From NCBI RefSeq assembly GCF_009914755.1, contig NC_060926.1: 64,000 nucleotides of DNA; one strand, written 5' to 3'. A model generated the notes under the pieces. The model was not told the DNA's origin and searched no databases. It saw only the letters and a list, made by a program, of their open reading frames with translations. Below, piece by piece: positions 1-14,298 of the stretch. How positions within the stretch are numbered: the stretch's first letter is position 1; each line of letters starts with the position of its first letter. This stretch comes from the human T2T-CHM13v2.0 reference genome, Homo sapiens. A program made the translations under genes and the position numbers.

Positions 1-1478
1 CCTCAATGTCAAGGTTGGTGACTTCCTAGTAGGCCACTGTTTTCCTTCCATCTATCCACAAAACAATAGCGGACGGTACACCGGGACAGCTTCTGTCTTC
101 CATGTTTTAAATGCCTGGAGGCCACACCAGGCTGACTTGCACAGTTGGGAGACTGCAACACAGGGACTTACTCTTCCTTGATATTGGGGACCGAAACTAA
201 ATCTTGGGATACTCACTTAGGATGACTGAGGTTTGCTTTGTGAGCTTGGTGGCTGGACACCAGGTTTGAGGCACCAGTGCCCCCGGCCACCTCTGAGTGT
301 GGTGTGGGGAACATGGAGGTGCTCGGAGCAGCTGAATGGGCTGAGCCACGTGTGCAGCCATCTAACAATGGGCGCAGAAACACAGGTGACCATGTGCAGG
401 AAAGACCACATGAGCACGTTCACTCGTGATGTAAGCATTACTTCTAGCCCTGCTTATAAAATTCACCGTGTTTTTGTCATTTATATGCTAATATCACAAG
501 ACAAAAACCTCAGTTGGGAAAAGCAAAAGGCAAATTCAGGTGACTGGCTAATAATGACGTTTCTGAAGATAAATATTTGTCATATTTGTTAGCTTCCTAG
601 GAGGTCTGGCCTGATGACCTGTATCAGGGCCCAAAAATGTTGAGTAAGCTTGGATCCCTGCTGGGCAATGTGTGGGATGGAAACAGTTTTCCTTCGCTGC
701 CAAGAGTGTCTGCGTCTCTAAGGAGCTGACTTAATGCTTTTATCAGATCCTGGAACTCTGTCCTTCGCCTTTCTCACTGGTTCCTTGGTAGCCAAGAGAC
801 CCAGAACAAAATGTAACACCACATTAAGACCCCCGATGTATCCTGAGTTTTCAGTAAAATTAGGTGATCATTTTCCTTATGTTGTTCCAAATTTATATTT
901 TGATTTAAGGTTTACCATTGTAGTTGTACATAGGCTTATCAGTTATTTCAAATTCTTCATAAACTATTAACACCAGTAAATAACTACAGAGATTATCTTT
1001 TGTTCAAAGACAGGATTTGGAAATTAATGTAGAACATCCAATAAAATAAATATTATAACCTTACTCCTACCAAAAAATTTTAACCAGAGTTTTAAATCAT
1101 AAACTCCTTTTTAAAATTATTTTCTTTCCCAGGTATTAAGCACTGGTTGATCCTCCTCTATTCTCAATTTCGTACAAGCCCGTAACTATACAACAATCAC
1201 ACTAAAAAAAAAATCCACTCCAGCCACTTTCAAAGAGACCCAGAACACCACTGAGGAGGCGTGGCTCACCAAACAGACTGCCAGATCCCACTGCCAGATC
1301 CCACAGCTTTCTGAGACCCACAGCAGATCCCGCAGCTGTGGCAGAGAGGGTGACGTATGGCCCCCAGAAACTACCATAGCGTCTGTCCTACAAAGCAATA
1401 AAATTGTAAACTACAATTGTGAGAAACATTTGATTTCCTTAAAAATCTCTTATGTTGAAAATTAAAGACTAAATGGCA

Positions 1479-1908
1479 GGCTGGGCATGATGGCTCATGC
1501 CTGTAATCCCAGCATTTTGGGAGGCTGAGGTGGGCAGATCACTTGAAGTTAGGAGTTCGAGACCATCCTGGCCAACATTGTGAAACCCCATCTCTACTAA
1601 AAATACAAAAATGATCTGGGTGTGGTGGCATGCGCCTGTGATCCCAGCACTTTGGGAGGCTGAGGCGGGTGGATCACTTGAGGCCAGGAGTTCGAGAGCA
1701 CCCTGGCCAACATGGTGAAACCCCACCTCTACTAAAAATACAAAAATTAGCTGGGCGTGGTGGCGCACACTTGTAATCCCAGCTACTTGTGAAGCTGAGG
1801 CAGGAGAATCACTTGAACCTGGGAGACAGAGGTTTCAGTGAGCTTAGATTGTGCCACTGCACTCCAGCATGAGTGACAGAGTGAGACTCTGTCTCAAAAC
1901 AAAACTAA
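1479..1908 (+). mobile_element. Alu (S-like) with a duplicated left arm (left-left-right)
   Basis: Two consecutive left monomers each ending in ctactaaaaatacaaaaat, then a right arm and A tail; TSD actaaatggc at 1468-1477 and 1909-1918. Confidence 0.9.
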
Positions 1909-2226
1909 ACTAAATGGCTGGCATCATTTTATTACTTGGTATTCCTTTCCTAAAAAAGAAAAATTGATTTTTTACATTGCTGATGCCCTACATCTACCTC
2001 AAGTTGTTTTTGGCAAGTTCCAATACATCAACACCTCAAAGTACTGAAATACAACTTTTTACTTGGCTATTGCTGATGCAGTGTATGAGCAAAATGAACT
2101 TGTAACCTTAACATAAACACATTCATTGGAAACATTTATTGTTAAAAGACCAAAAAAAAAAAAAAAAAAAAGACATGTAATTTCATCAGAACCAAAACGG
2201 AGGCTTCTACTCTTTTGTCCTATTTA

Positions 2227-2764
<538 letters not shown>

Positions 2765-2924
2765 CTAATACATCAAGGGACACTTCTTAAGTTTAAGAAA
2801 TTAAAATTTTTCTTGATACATAGACATCAAATAATAAGGCTTAGAAAACGCTCAGTGAGAGTCCTCTTAAGAGAAGGCTCACACAGTGACAACATTTTTG
2901 CACCGTTTTACATAATAAAGTCTG

Positions 2925-3035
2925 CAACCCTCTTATTTTAGAACAGAGGAAACTGAAGGCTGTAGACGTTACGTAAGTTGTCCAGAGCTACTGGTCCATT
3001 AGTGATGTAGTGGAAGCTAGCATCTGGGCCAAGTA
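2925..3035 (-). mobile_element. MIR fragment
   Basis: ttttagaacagaggaaactgaaggc...aagttgtccagagc resembles the antisense MIR core. Confidence 0.55.
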
Positions 3036-3557
3036 ACCGGGAAATAGTTCTTTTTCAACTATACCACATTAGATGTTCTAGATAACTGAGTGCATTAAAA
3101 TATTTGGTGTTCTAATAATTACATACCATATGAGCCATGGTAAAAATGATGATTTTTAAAAAATTAAGCAAAAGTTTATTGGAAACAGCTCTTGGCCCGA
3201 GAGCTTCCATGACTCCTCCCTAACATCCCAGCGAATGGGTTCCTCTGAGACTCAGGCACTTCTGCACTAATGAGTCAGTGGCAAGTTTCCGAAGGAAGAA
3301 AAAGCCCAACTTGTTTTCAAATCAAACTCTAGGGAACATTTCTGAAGCAGGGAAAGAGATCTCATGAACAGATCCACACACACATTACATGGGACACATA
3401 AATTCATTTCTTAGTGAAATGCACCTTGGTTAAGCATATGAATGCTTGAAATTATTTGGAAACGTCACGATTTTTCCTGCAAAACTATGGCTATAAAATT
3501 ATATCTAGCTCACACCTCATTACAACTTTTTATAATTGTACCTTTAAAAATATGTAA

Positions 3558-3722
3558 AAGAGGATATTTAGATTGTTTGTAACACAAAGGATAAATGCTT
3601 GAGGGGATGAAGATTCCATCTTTCACAATGTGATTATTTCACATTGTATGCCTGTATCAAAATATCTCATGTACCCCCTAAGTATATACACCTACTATGT
3701 ACACATAAAAATTAGAATAAAC
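3558..3722 (+). mobile_element. L1MA-type 3' end fragment
   Basis: ttgtttgtaacacaaaggataaatgcttgagggga...atatacacctactatgtac is a typical L1MA 3'UTR end. Confidence 0.8.
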
Positions 3723-5197
3723 ATTTTAAGAAACTTTTTAGCCAAATTTAATTTTTATATAACAGTGTGATAAAGTTTAACTACTGACTAATGAAGAGAT
3801 GATTAGGGGAAAATGAATTTTTCTCATGGGTGACTAACTTCTTTTGAAAACATAAACAATGCAGTGTTTTAGACTTTTAGATTAAATGCTGACATATATA
3901 TTTCTTCATAAAATAATACTTTAAGTAAACTACTTATTTCAATTATGTAATTCAATAATTTACTATTTTATACAATAACAATCATAATGTAATTGACTAA
4001 ATTTAATAATTGAAATTGCAAAATTATCTGAAAAATAGCCCACAATTCCTTTGATCTGTAACAGAGGAAGTCAGACAATTGTTTCGTGGGGTCTCTCATT
4101 AGACATTCTTGCCTCCACAAATGCTAGAATGGGGATTTGGGAGTAATTTGTAATTTTTCCTTTGATTTTACTAAAGAACAATCAAAATAATTGCTGGATG
4201 TCACTCGTAAGCTAATGTTTCACTAAAAAGGAAATGGAATGCAAGGCCGTGAGGAGAGGCCTCCCAGATGTGCGGCAGATGCACCCGCTTTAGAATCAGT
4301 TTTGTGACCTGGGTCTGCTCACTGAGGGTTTGTTAGGCTGGAATGACCTTGGTCTTTGCAATCTAATTTGTAAAAGTAAAACATACTTTAGCCTGTAAAC
4401 TCTTTTACCTCACTATAATTGAAACCTTTCTATTGAAAGACACATCTTCATGAATAGCTTAGGGAAAAAATGCTTACCAGAAAAACATCTAAAGGACTGA
4501 TGTGTACCTGACAGTCAGCCACGGGCATGTAACATATAATTCTGCCATGACACATTTTGAGCAATCATCACCTTCCCCTTAGTTTCTAAAGGTTTTCCAC
4601 CCCATCCCTGTCGCAGACCTGAAATGCTGGTATTTATAAGATTAATGTAATCACTGCAGTTCCAAAGTCTTGCAAGCTTGATATGCCCTGACCTTCACTT
4701 GACCTGACCTCACCCTGCAGCCGTCCAGATGTAAGAATGGGCTTAGTTTCCCAGGATGAACCCCGTTAAATGCTGGAAATGGAGTCTACAGACAGGTCAG
4801 CAGGTCACATTTTAATTGACCGTTCATTGTTTACCATCCTGCCACTCCCAGAATGAGGACGTGAGGAAGGAGAAATTGGGCTCCTCGGTGAGCAGTGGGA
4901 AGTTCTTAGGTGGCCGTGTGCTGAGCACCACATATGCAGATGGGAACATGAGCTTAAGGCTGGCCTGAATTTGTGTCATCCTAAGGAGTGTCACCTATTC
5001 TGCCCACGAGATCGAACGGCTTATGTTTTGAGAACCCTTTCAAGAGACAAAGACTGAGTTCCAGTGTGAGAAGAAAAAGAAGGCATAATGTGTATTGCTT
5101 TCCAAGAACACCTGCTCACACAGTTCATCATCAGGACTGGGTCCCCAAATAAGTCACTTTAGACAGCACATTGTGGAAAAAAAAATGCAGGCATTAC

Positions 5198-5260
5198 CTT
5201 CTGTGTCTTGCATATTTGCCACTGACATGACCACTGCCGTCACAGCCAGGGGTGGGACAG
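5198..5260 (-). CDS. MYT1L: MYT1L third coding exon (63 nt), most of the first C2HC zinc finger: CPTPGCDGSGHVSGKYARHR(S)
   Basis: ttctttcctgttgcag|CTGTCCCACC...GACACAGAAG|gtaatg; CPxPGCDGxGH...HRS is the MYT1/MYT1L/ST18 C2HC finger signature. Confidence 0.97.
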
Positions 5261-5553
5261 CTGCAACAGGAAAGAATGGATTACACGGTGCCGCAGGCAG
5301 GCAGGTGAGACGGAAAGCTTCCGTGGCAGCAGAGAGAAGGAGGGCGGCTCAGACAGAGGAGAGAAATCACACAATCCAAAGGAGGGGGAAATTCGGGGAG
5401 GCTTTTTACGAGCAAGTCTCGGGGGAATTAATTTCATCAGTGCAGCAGGGCGTGAGCAAGCTGCCGATGAGCTGGAAGGTGCAGTGTGCCCATTAGAAGG
5501 CGTGAATTTTCCAAACTGTTAATGGGGATGCATTTTACCCACATGGCACTAAC

Positions 5554-5587
5554 CTGAACAGCTCTTGTATGGCTGGTTCCACGGGAA
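5554..5587 (-). CDS. MYT1L: MYT1L second coding exon (34 nt), VPVEPAIQELFS
   Basis: catctctctgcag|TTCCCGTGGAACCAGCCATACAAGAGCTGTTCAG|gttagt; phase 1 in, phase 2 out, consistent with both flanking exons. Confidence 0.96.
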
Positions 5588-5755
5588 CTGCAGAGAGATG
5601 GAAATAGATAAAAATTTACCATCTATCACAAGCGACCCTCTTCCACAGAAAATTACCAAAAGGGTGGCATGAAAGTGGGGTCAGAATCGACCTCAGTTCC
5701 GCAGGATGAAGGTGACCCTGAGCCGGCCTCAGGATGCAGGGAAGCGCGGACATAC

Positions 5756-5810
5756 CTCGAACCCCTTTGGACCGCGTGCGATGCCGCTTCTCCTCGGTGT
5801 CCACCTCCAT
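5756..5810 (-). CDS. MYT1L: MYT1L first coding exon (55 nt; exon 6 in the usual numbering, from recall); the ATG is the first codon of the exon
   Basis: Minus strand reads ctatccccag|ATGGAGGTGGAC...GTTCGAG|gtatgt and translates MEVDTEEKRHRTRSKGVR+G, the MYT1L N-terminus as I recall it. It splices in frame to the next two exons. Confidence 0.97.
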
Positions 5811-6185
5811 CTGGGGATAGATTAGCAGCCATCAATGTGCTTATCCTGCCTGTGCAGGCCAGCCCTGCAGGGGCGGCTCACTCTCCCTGGCATTCTATTA
5901 ATGGGGCTTTAATCCTGTTTCCCTCCATGAAGGGAAGCCCTCTACAAGGGCAGGGGGTAAGACCAGGCAATCTAAATGTATTACTCAAACAATTATAAAC
6001 AGACCTTAACCTTGTAGGGAATATTTAATCAGGAGGCCCTTGTCCTCTATAATGGGGTAGATTTTGATGAATCTTGAAGTACCATCTATTTACTCTCTTT
6101 TCAAGAATTTGATGGAGACACATCTGTGTGCTTCTGAGTTGTGCTTTGTACTAAGAATATAACAGCCATTAGGTTTATAAGAAGG

Positions 6186-6380
6186 TAAATATATATAATA
6201 TATATGTATTTTTATATATCTTATGTATATATAAAAACAAATATTTATATATATAACATATATATTTTGTATATATATACCTTTCAGTTACAAGGAGAAT
6301 CTAAATATTATATATACATTATATATAATATATAGTTTATATTTATATCTATATATACACACACACATATATATATAATA
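6186..6380. repeat. (TA)n-rich low-complexity tract overlapping a 36-bp inverted repeat
   Basis: Direct reading; IR arms at 6281-6316 and 6370-6405. Confidence 0.9.
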
Positions 6381-6604
6381 TTTAGATTCTCCTTGTAACT
6401 GAAAGTTTTAATCTGATTAAGCGGTTAAGACAAGAGGCTGTAGGTACAGTGGAAGAACACGTTTTACCATCAGGGGCGCGCTCTCAATGTTGTTTAGTTC
6501 CTGGAATGCAATTGTCCTCCACATTTATCTAAATTGCTTGGTTTCCTTTGAGGCATCTAGACCTTCCACTCATAGGAACTGACACATCTTATACTTGAGA
6601 CATT

Positions 6605-6790
6605 ACAAATGCTTTTATATATTACTTTGTGGGATCTTCACAACAATTTTGTAAGGAAAGTATTTTTATTATACCTATTTAATACATGAGAAAACTAAAA
6701 TTCAGACCACCTGAGTTACCCAAGATGGTTTGAGTTGAAGGTTTTGGAGTAAGGACCAAAAATCACATGTCTGTCTTTGTTTCCACTAAG
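6605..6790 (-). mobile_element. MIR
   Basis: gatcttcacaacaat...atacctatttaatacatgagaaaactaaaattcaga resembles antisense MIR. Confidence 0.55.
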
Positions 6791-8245
6791 CCTCAGGAGC
6801 ATGCTGTTGCGTGGTAAATATATACGAGTATGTTTGTTCACCAAACATTCCCACAGTATGGGAAGTGTTTGCACATGGCAAACTGGATAGCAGGAGAACT
6901 CTACTCAAGACGACGGGGGAGCTAAGAAGAGATGAGCAATAGAAGCTGGCCAAAGCCCCATTGAATGGCCTCTACACCGGCTCACAGGGCACACCAAAGC
7001 CACTTCCTCCATGGTTTAGAGGAAGAACATCGGGACTGAGTGAAGAAGACTCATTAGATGCCTGTGGCTCTATTCGAGGCACACTCCAGAAAAGAACAGG
7101 GTAGATCTGCCGCTGAAATAAACTAGCAAGGCACAACTCAACAGGTACAGTATGAAAGGCATCAGAAATCCACATGGACAGTGCCTGATTTAATGTTTAT
7201 AGCAACTAACCAGCAGCTATTTATTGATGAATACTATGGATGAGTATTATGGTATCGGGGGATAAAATCATACATGTAATAAAAACATAAGCTCATTTAA
7301 TGAGCTTAAAAATCTCTTAATGGGCTATATATGGACATAATGATGTGCCAGATTTAATACCAAAACAAAAACTTCAGCAAAGGAGGGGCCAATGGGAAGT
7401 GGAAGCCAAGGAAAGATGCTCGGGGAAAGCTGTGATCCATGAGAATTGTTTGTGTAGGTGTGAAAGGAAGGAAAAGAGACTGTCTCTATGACTGGCATCT
7501 AGAGGCTTGATATGCAGTTATTGAGTGAATGAATGAATGAATGAGTCCATTTGCTGGGAATGCTGCAGGTCAAGGAGGTGCCTGAAGTGGAATATTGGAA
7601 AGACGACATCAGACGGTGCAGACGACGGGCCTGAGCCAGGGCCACGTGCAGTGTTGGAAGGGATGTACCGGGAGGCCCCGCTGGTCCAGCTGAATAGACA
7701 GCTGCTGGCCTTTCTTGAGCATGGGGAGGACGAGTCGCAAACATGTTTTAGAAAAAAACAAGTTAACGGCAGCTTGAGAGAGGGCATGGAGGGGGCAGGC
7801 AGTGCAGTTGGGAGCAAGCTGGGAGGAGACTGGCAGTCGCCTAAGAAGAAAGGGCTTGGGCAGTGGCCTCAACAGCATCTGTGGCTTAGTCCCATCGTCA
7901 GCCAATTCGGGAACATAATTGTCTGGGAAAGAAAGAAATGGGTTTAAAAAACTTTCTGATGGAAGAATCCACACAACACAATGGCTCATCAGGCAGCTTT
8001 TGGGTTTTCTGCCCTTTCCTGTGATTTAAAGATATACCTGGGATATGAAACTCTGGGGCCACATCACGTGGATTTGACATTTAACTAAATAGCACCATGA
8101 GGAACACATCAATGCTCTGAAATTGCTATTCAACATGAAAACACTTCAAAACACCAGAAAATTCTAGCAAAGTGATCTAGGGCCAAAGTGACATGAGGCA
8201 GAGATGAACTGAGAGTCAAGAAGCCTAAAGCAATGGCAAAAACAG

Positions 8246-8354
8246 CATTCACATCCATGAGAAAGGGCATTTCCCGGGGTCCCCTGCCCTTGTCACAGGC
8301 CATTCACATCCACGAGAAATGGCATTTCCCAGGGTCCCCTGCCTTTGTCACAGG
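8246..8354. repeat. Tandem duplication, 2 x 55 bp
   Basis: cattcacatcca(t/c)gagaaa(g/t)ggcatttccc...tgtcacagg at 8246 and 8301. Confidence 0.9.
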
Positions 8355-10271
8355 TCTGGGGATGCAGAGATAATGGGGTAAAATCGTATTCTTTAAGGAA
8401 TTCAAAATTGAATTAAAACATTTAATGAAGGCCTATAAGTTGAGAAACATTCTCCGGGGGTGTAGTGGAAGTTTGGATGAGGCTTCCATTGGATTCCATG
8501 GATTCCATTCCATCATTCCATTGGATGAGGATTAGGAAGAAGAAAGAAATTTCCTGGAGGAACTCATATTTGGGCTGAATGTTAAAAGTTAACTGGATGT
8601 TTCAGGTTAAAAAGAAAAACTGTGGTGAGGGTGTGTTCCTCACAGAGGGAACAGGACGTGTAAAGACCCAAAGGCTTGGAGAGACAGGTGTGTTCCAGGA
8701 GAGACAAAGCTGGGGCTGGGGTGGGAGAGACACACTCCGAGCTTGGCTATGAGCTCCCTTCAGTAGGGCACAGAATTCTCAAAGTTTCCAGCAGAACAGG
8801 GGCCAGTCACACTCAGTCATCACCCAGCTTGCTTACCCTTATCCAGCATCTCGTGAATAAACCCACATTTATGATTTCTCTTGCTGTAGTTTAGGGGAGC
8901 ACCTGTGAGCAGAAGTGCAGTAAAGCTAGTTTTCCTTTGTGGGCATTAAATAGAAAAACTTGGCCTTATTAGCTAACTGCTCATATGGTTGGATAAGGAT
9001 AAGAATTGTTTTATTTTTACAATTAAATTCTTCATCCTTTCAGTATTTTTTATGCATATAGGGGCAAACTTATTTTTTTTCCAGTCAGATAGCTAATTCT
9101 TCCAGTAATCAGTTATTAAATAAATCATATTCCCTCCCTACACTAAAATATTCCTCTTGCTGAATGTGAAATTCCTGCCACAGTTGGGTCAGACTCTCTG
9201 TTCCCTCCTCCGTCGGTTCCTTCCAGTGCAATCCTGTTTGGATTATGGTGGCTCTACAGTGTGTTTTCCTCTGCTGAACAAGGGCCTTTGCTATGAGCAT
9301 TACAGGAGATAATTTATGAAAGATGCCAAGCACAGCACCCCACATGGAGCAGACACTAAACAGATGGGGTTCCCCTTTCTTTCCCTTTCAGCCAATGAAA
9401 CCCAAATCTGAAGGGTTTCAAAAGCTGTTTTAAATTTTACATTTACATAGCTGTTTAATAAGTGCCAATTGCCAGAAAGATTCAAATTAAGCAGAAAGCA
9501 TAAAACGTATGGTCTGAAATGCCAGGAGGTTTTCATTTTCTAATGTGTGCACCTGATGGTGTGTGGTCCTAAGGCAGCTGGCCCTTGCCGGCACTCTCAC
9601 ACTTTGTTTCTTCAGGACTCCCCAGCCCCTCCATCCTGCCCTGCCCTTCTCTCCTACCCGCCTGAAAAGAATGCTTGGGCTTGCTTCCACCCAGGGCCTG
9701 CCCACCACTGGCGACTGTCATTGGCAGCCTCAGGCGTTTAAACCGTTCATTTGAATTCATTCTTCTGGTGGTCCCAGGGCTGGAACTGCGAGCTTCACTT
9801 ACTGAACCCGTGAATGGCTCAGTCGCGTTTTCTAAGACATCAGCTCTGATCTTCCTTGGAACTGGAGAAAGTTCACCTCAGTTATCACTGCTTGGGTTTC
9901 TGATTACCTCTCCAGTAATTTACATTTAGAAAATCACCCTTAAAACTCCACTTTAGCAGTAATTCTTTTTATTTTGAAGTCTAATATTTATTTTTAAAAT
10001 AAGGACGTTTTCTAAGATTTAAAATTTGTTTTATACTTAAAGAAAAGTCTTGAATTTAAGGAATCTATTTTGAGCCAATAAAGCTGTCAGGAGTGATTCA
10101 TGAAGAGAGAGCAGGTGAATTATTTCCTAATATGAAAACTTTACATTTGGACTCAGGATTTATTTTAGTACTATGATCTTCCTTCTCTTTTCCTTCCAAT
10201 AAAAGGGATGCTTTCCTCAAGTTGAGCCTCAGTGAAGAGATTATAATGTATATATATTTGATACATATATT

Positions 10272-10841
<570 letters not shown>

Positions 10842-12111
10842 AAGAACTAATATTTTAAATGCACGAAAATTTCATAAACTCAGTAAAATCCCTTGGAGTC
10901 CTCAGTGGCTGCTTTCTGATGTCAAGTACCACATTAGGCCATAACTGTGAACCCAGGAGGAGCTCACTTTGGGTCCCAGGTCTGCCAGAGACCAGCAAGG
11001 TCCTCCTAACCCGAGTCTCTAGCCACAGGGACCTGCTCTCCCCTCCCCGACAGAGTCCTCTTGCAGGAACAGGACATGGGGGCTTGGACTGCAGGCTGGG
11101 TTATGGACAGCTCCCACTTTGACACCAGAACCTGAGCTCCAGGCCTCCCTCCCTGCCACAGTCACTCCTCCACTAACCAGGAAGCAATTTCCATTTTGCC
11201 AACCAGCCAGACCCTGCCTTTCAGCTCCTGCTGCTCAATTCGCTTGGTCAATTCTTTGCTTGTCAGCAGCATCAAGAAGAGGAGATAGGAGGGAGGGCAG
11301 GAGCCAGAGATCAGTCCTAGCCTCTGTGAGGGGTAAGGAAGGCTCGGGGAAGGAATGTTGAAGAGAAACTGGAAGTCCTGGCAGAAGGCAGTGCAGGTGT
11401 GCATGTCTAGCCATATCCAGGTGTTTTCCCAACAGCACTTCTTCCTAGGAATTACTCTTTCCAAGGCAGCTGGGAGCTGGTCAGCCTTCTAAAACCCTAC
11501 GTCATAGAAAATACCTCCACGTCTCAATTCTGACTCCAGCAAGTTTGGGCTCCTAAAAATACATCTATGAAGATTAGCAAGAATCATAACTTATATTTTC
11601 TAGTCATCCTTCAAAAATGTTTAAACAGAGAATGACAACAACACGTATTATCATGAAACCCTAAAAATAAATCCTTCTAAATGGCATAGTTTGAATGCTT
11701 AATAGACTTCTATGCCTAGTTTGAGACAAACACTTTAAAAATCACGCTACAAATCCTAAGAAAATAGCAATCAAAATGATGACAGGTTGCAATAAAGATG
11801 TCTTGTAATAGGCCCCCTAGAGGGGAGCTCCATCATTTTGACAGAGCCAACTTGTGAGAGTGCGACCACCCAGGATAGCACTAATTCGAGCACGGCACCA
11901 AGGACACCACACCAGCCTGTGCCTCAATGGGTGCCCCCAGCCTCTCCCTCAGATCTGTGTGTGTTGTGAGGGTGCAGAGCTGGGAGCTGGACCCAACAGA
12001 GGTGGGAGGACAGCCATAGGAAGTGCACTCAGCCACTAGCCTTTTGAATACAGGAAAAGCAAGTTGTCAAAATATAGGATCCTATCTTTCAGGCAGGTGG
12101 ACGTCCTGACG

Positions 12112-12172
12112 GAAAAGTGCCTGGCCCATGGTAGATGCCTGTAAATTTCAGTTAAGTGAGTGAATGAATAAA
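12112..12172 (+). mobile_element. L2 3' end fragment
   Basis: gtgcctggcccatggtagatgcc...gagtgaatgaata. Confidence 0.5.
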
Positions 12173-13456
12173 CTAATTACATTGTACTAATGCATCTCTT
12201 GGTCAGCTACATTGTTAATAATTTTATTACAGTTTTAAAAAATTCTCACAATACAAATAAAAAGTTTCAAAGAAATATCCACTCCACATGCAGCCAGAAG
12301 ACACCTACGCCTCTATTTCCACATGCATGGTGGGAATGCCACGTCAATGGAATGCTGGTCAGGCGGCCTGGGATCACTGGACGTTAAGCCAGAAGTCAGC
12401 AAGGAGCCTTTCAGAGCTTCAAAAAAAGCCTCAGGGTATTTGCTCTGGGAAAATCCTGGGATTCCCTGGCCCAAGAAGGGTTTCCTCCCATCATGTTTGA
12501 GCCGGGAAGCTAATGGAACATTTGAAACTAAACCAAACCTGAACCAAGTCTCAAAGGCTTCGAAGATGTCTACAGGGTAATCGAGGCAGTGGTGATGCTT
12601 TCATAAAATAATTTACATTTGATTTTATTCAAAAAAGGATGGTCTAGCAGTTTTATATCCATGAAAAACAGGTTGCCCAATTTACGTCATGTACGATAAC
12701 AGCAGAGAAGCCCCAAAATACCCACAAGAAGAACTTTTGGGGAAGCGCTAGGGGCCAGGAAGAGAGAGGCCTCACTTCACTTTGGAGGCCTCATCTCAGG
12801 CCAAGGGGGTCGTCAGATGCTGTGCAAGCAGTGGTGAAGCTTTGTTGTTCACACTAAGAGCTGACACCCGATGAGCTGGAGCCTCTTTCAGATGTAATGG
12901 TTGCATTTCCAATCACAGCGTGATACCTACTTTTACATCAAGGAATGGCTGGGCAGGAAGGCACCCCTTCCAGAACTTCAGAGGAAACATCAAGTCAGGT
13001 GCCCTTCAAGAATTTAACTATTTTTGTTGTTGTTGTTGGTAAAATAGATGTTGTTTCAGCCCTGAGCATAAAAATAAGAAAATAGATCCTTATTTTCATT
13101 TTAAAATATGATTTTCTAAACTTGAATGTGTTTCTTATGACTTCTCCATTACTTTATCTTGCCAGCAAGTTCTGGGAGAAAATTCAAAGAATCAGAATTT
13201 TAGGGCTGGGGGGTACCCGAACAGTCTCATGGCCAGGGGCTCATACCCAGCCACTTAGAACTGTTCCATCGGGTTCTTGGTGCTTAACAAATTGGACTAA
13301 CATCTAAAAATCTCCAGGCTTTATATCAAAACCTTGATTTCTGTTTTTTTTGTTTTTTTTTTTCTGTTTTTTGTTTTTTTCTTTCTGGAAAAATATGATG
13401 ATCTGAAAGCATTGCTCTAAATTTCTCTTGGCCTCAGATGGCCGGAGTGGAGGTGC

Positions 13457-13522
13457 AGCGTTTCCATGGGAGGGGCAGCCAGTGTTCCCATGGGAGGGGC
13501 AGCGTTCCCATGGGAGGGGCAT
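13457..13522. repeat. Short tandem repeat, 3 x ~20-24 bp
   Basis: cag..gtt(t/c)ccatgggagggg occurs three times. Confidence 0.8.
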
Positions 13523-14138
13523 GTGCTACCCCACACCACAGCTTTCAAGTCTGGGGCCCTCATGCCCATTCCTTTCTGGGCTTATGCCTCCTGCCCACCT
13601 GCTTCAGGGATTCACGTCTGCTGCTCTCCATCTGTTCCAAGCTGGTTCTGAAGCTGGACCTAGCAACAGTGAGCTGAGGCTGCGTGGGGAGTGCAGGTGC
13701 TCCCTGGGTCCCCTGCTCTCTGCCCATGAGGATGACTGAGTCTAAGAGAAAGAGCAGACGTTGAAGTCCCAGGACCTCTGGAGCATCCTGGAGAAGCCAG
13801 ACCTCAGTTGATGCTTCTGGGGTATGTAATTGTTACAGGAGTGACATTCCCATGCTGGGCCTCAAGACTCAGAATATGGCTCATCAGGACGTTCATGGGT
13901 CCTGGGTAGATACTGGAACTGTATGTGGCAAAGGTTCAGAATGTACCAACTCCCCCTGAAGCTGTCCTCTAGCACGTGAGCTTTTGGTCAATGTTTAATA
14001 ATTTCTTTGCGTTTCATCTCTGCTCTTGGAGTAATTTGTTCTTTGATCTTCCTGAAAGTTGCTCCAAACAAGTTTCCATAGACTTTGCACATGCCTTTAA
14101 AATAACTCTGGTCTTATCTTCATGTGCTTGTGAGACCT

Positions 14139-14298
14139 CCACCCTCCCGCCAGCCCAGCTGCACCTACAGGGTAGAAACGGTGCCACATTCCCACCCTCC
14201 CGCCAGCCCAGCTGCACCTACAGGGTGGAAACGGTGCCACATTCCAACCCTCCTGCCAGCCCAGCTGCACCTCCGGGGTGGAGATGTGCCACATTCCC
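14139..14298. repeat. Minisatellite, 3 x 53 bp
   Basis: ccaccctcccgccagcccagctgcacctacagggt(a/g)gaaacggtgccacattc at 14139, 14192 and (diverged) 14245. Confidence 0.88.

Noticed and set aside
4470-4515. Minus-strand ctg|gtaagc donor downstream of the zinc-finger exon (possible poison exon)
   Set aside because: No adequate polypyrimidine tract at either candidate acceptor.
5616-5755. ORF-track extension of the MYT1L N-terminus (GMSALPC...)
   Set aside because: Read-through into the intron past the gtatgt donor.
7288-7308. 10-bp-arm hairpin taagctcatt-t-aatgagctta
   Set aside because: Short, AT-rich and compatible with chance.
8484-8526. (CATTC)n-like satellite III resemblance
   Set aside because: Only ~40 bp and degenerate; a simple repeat.
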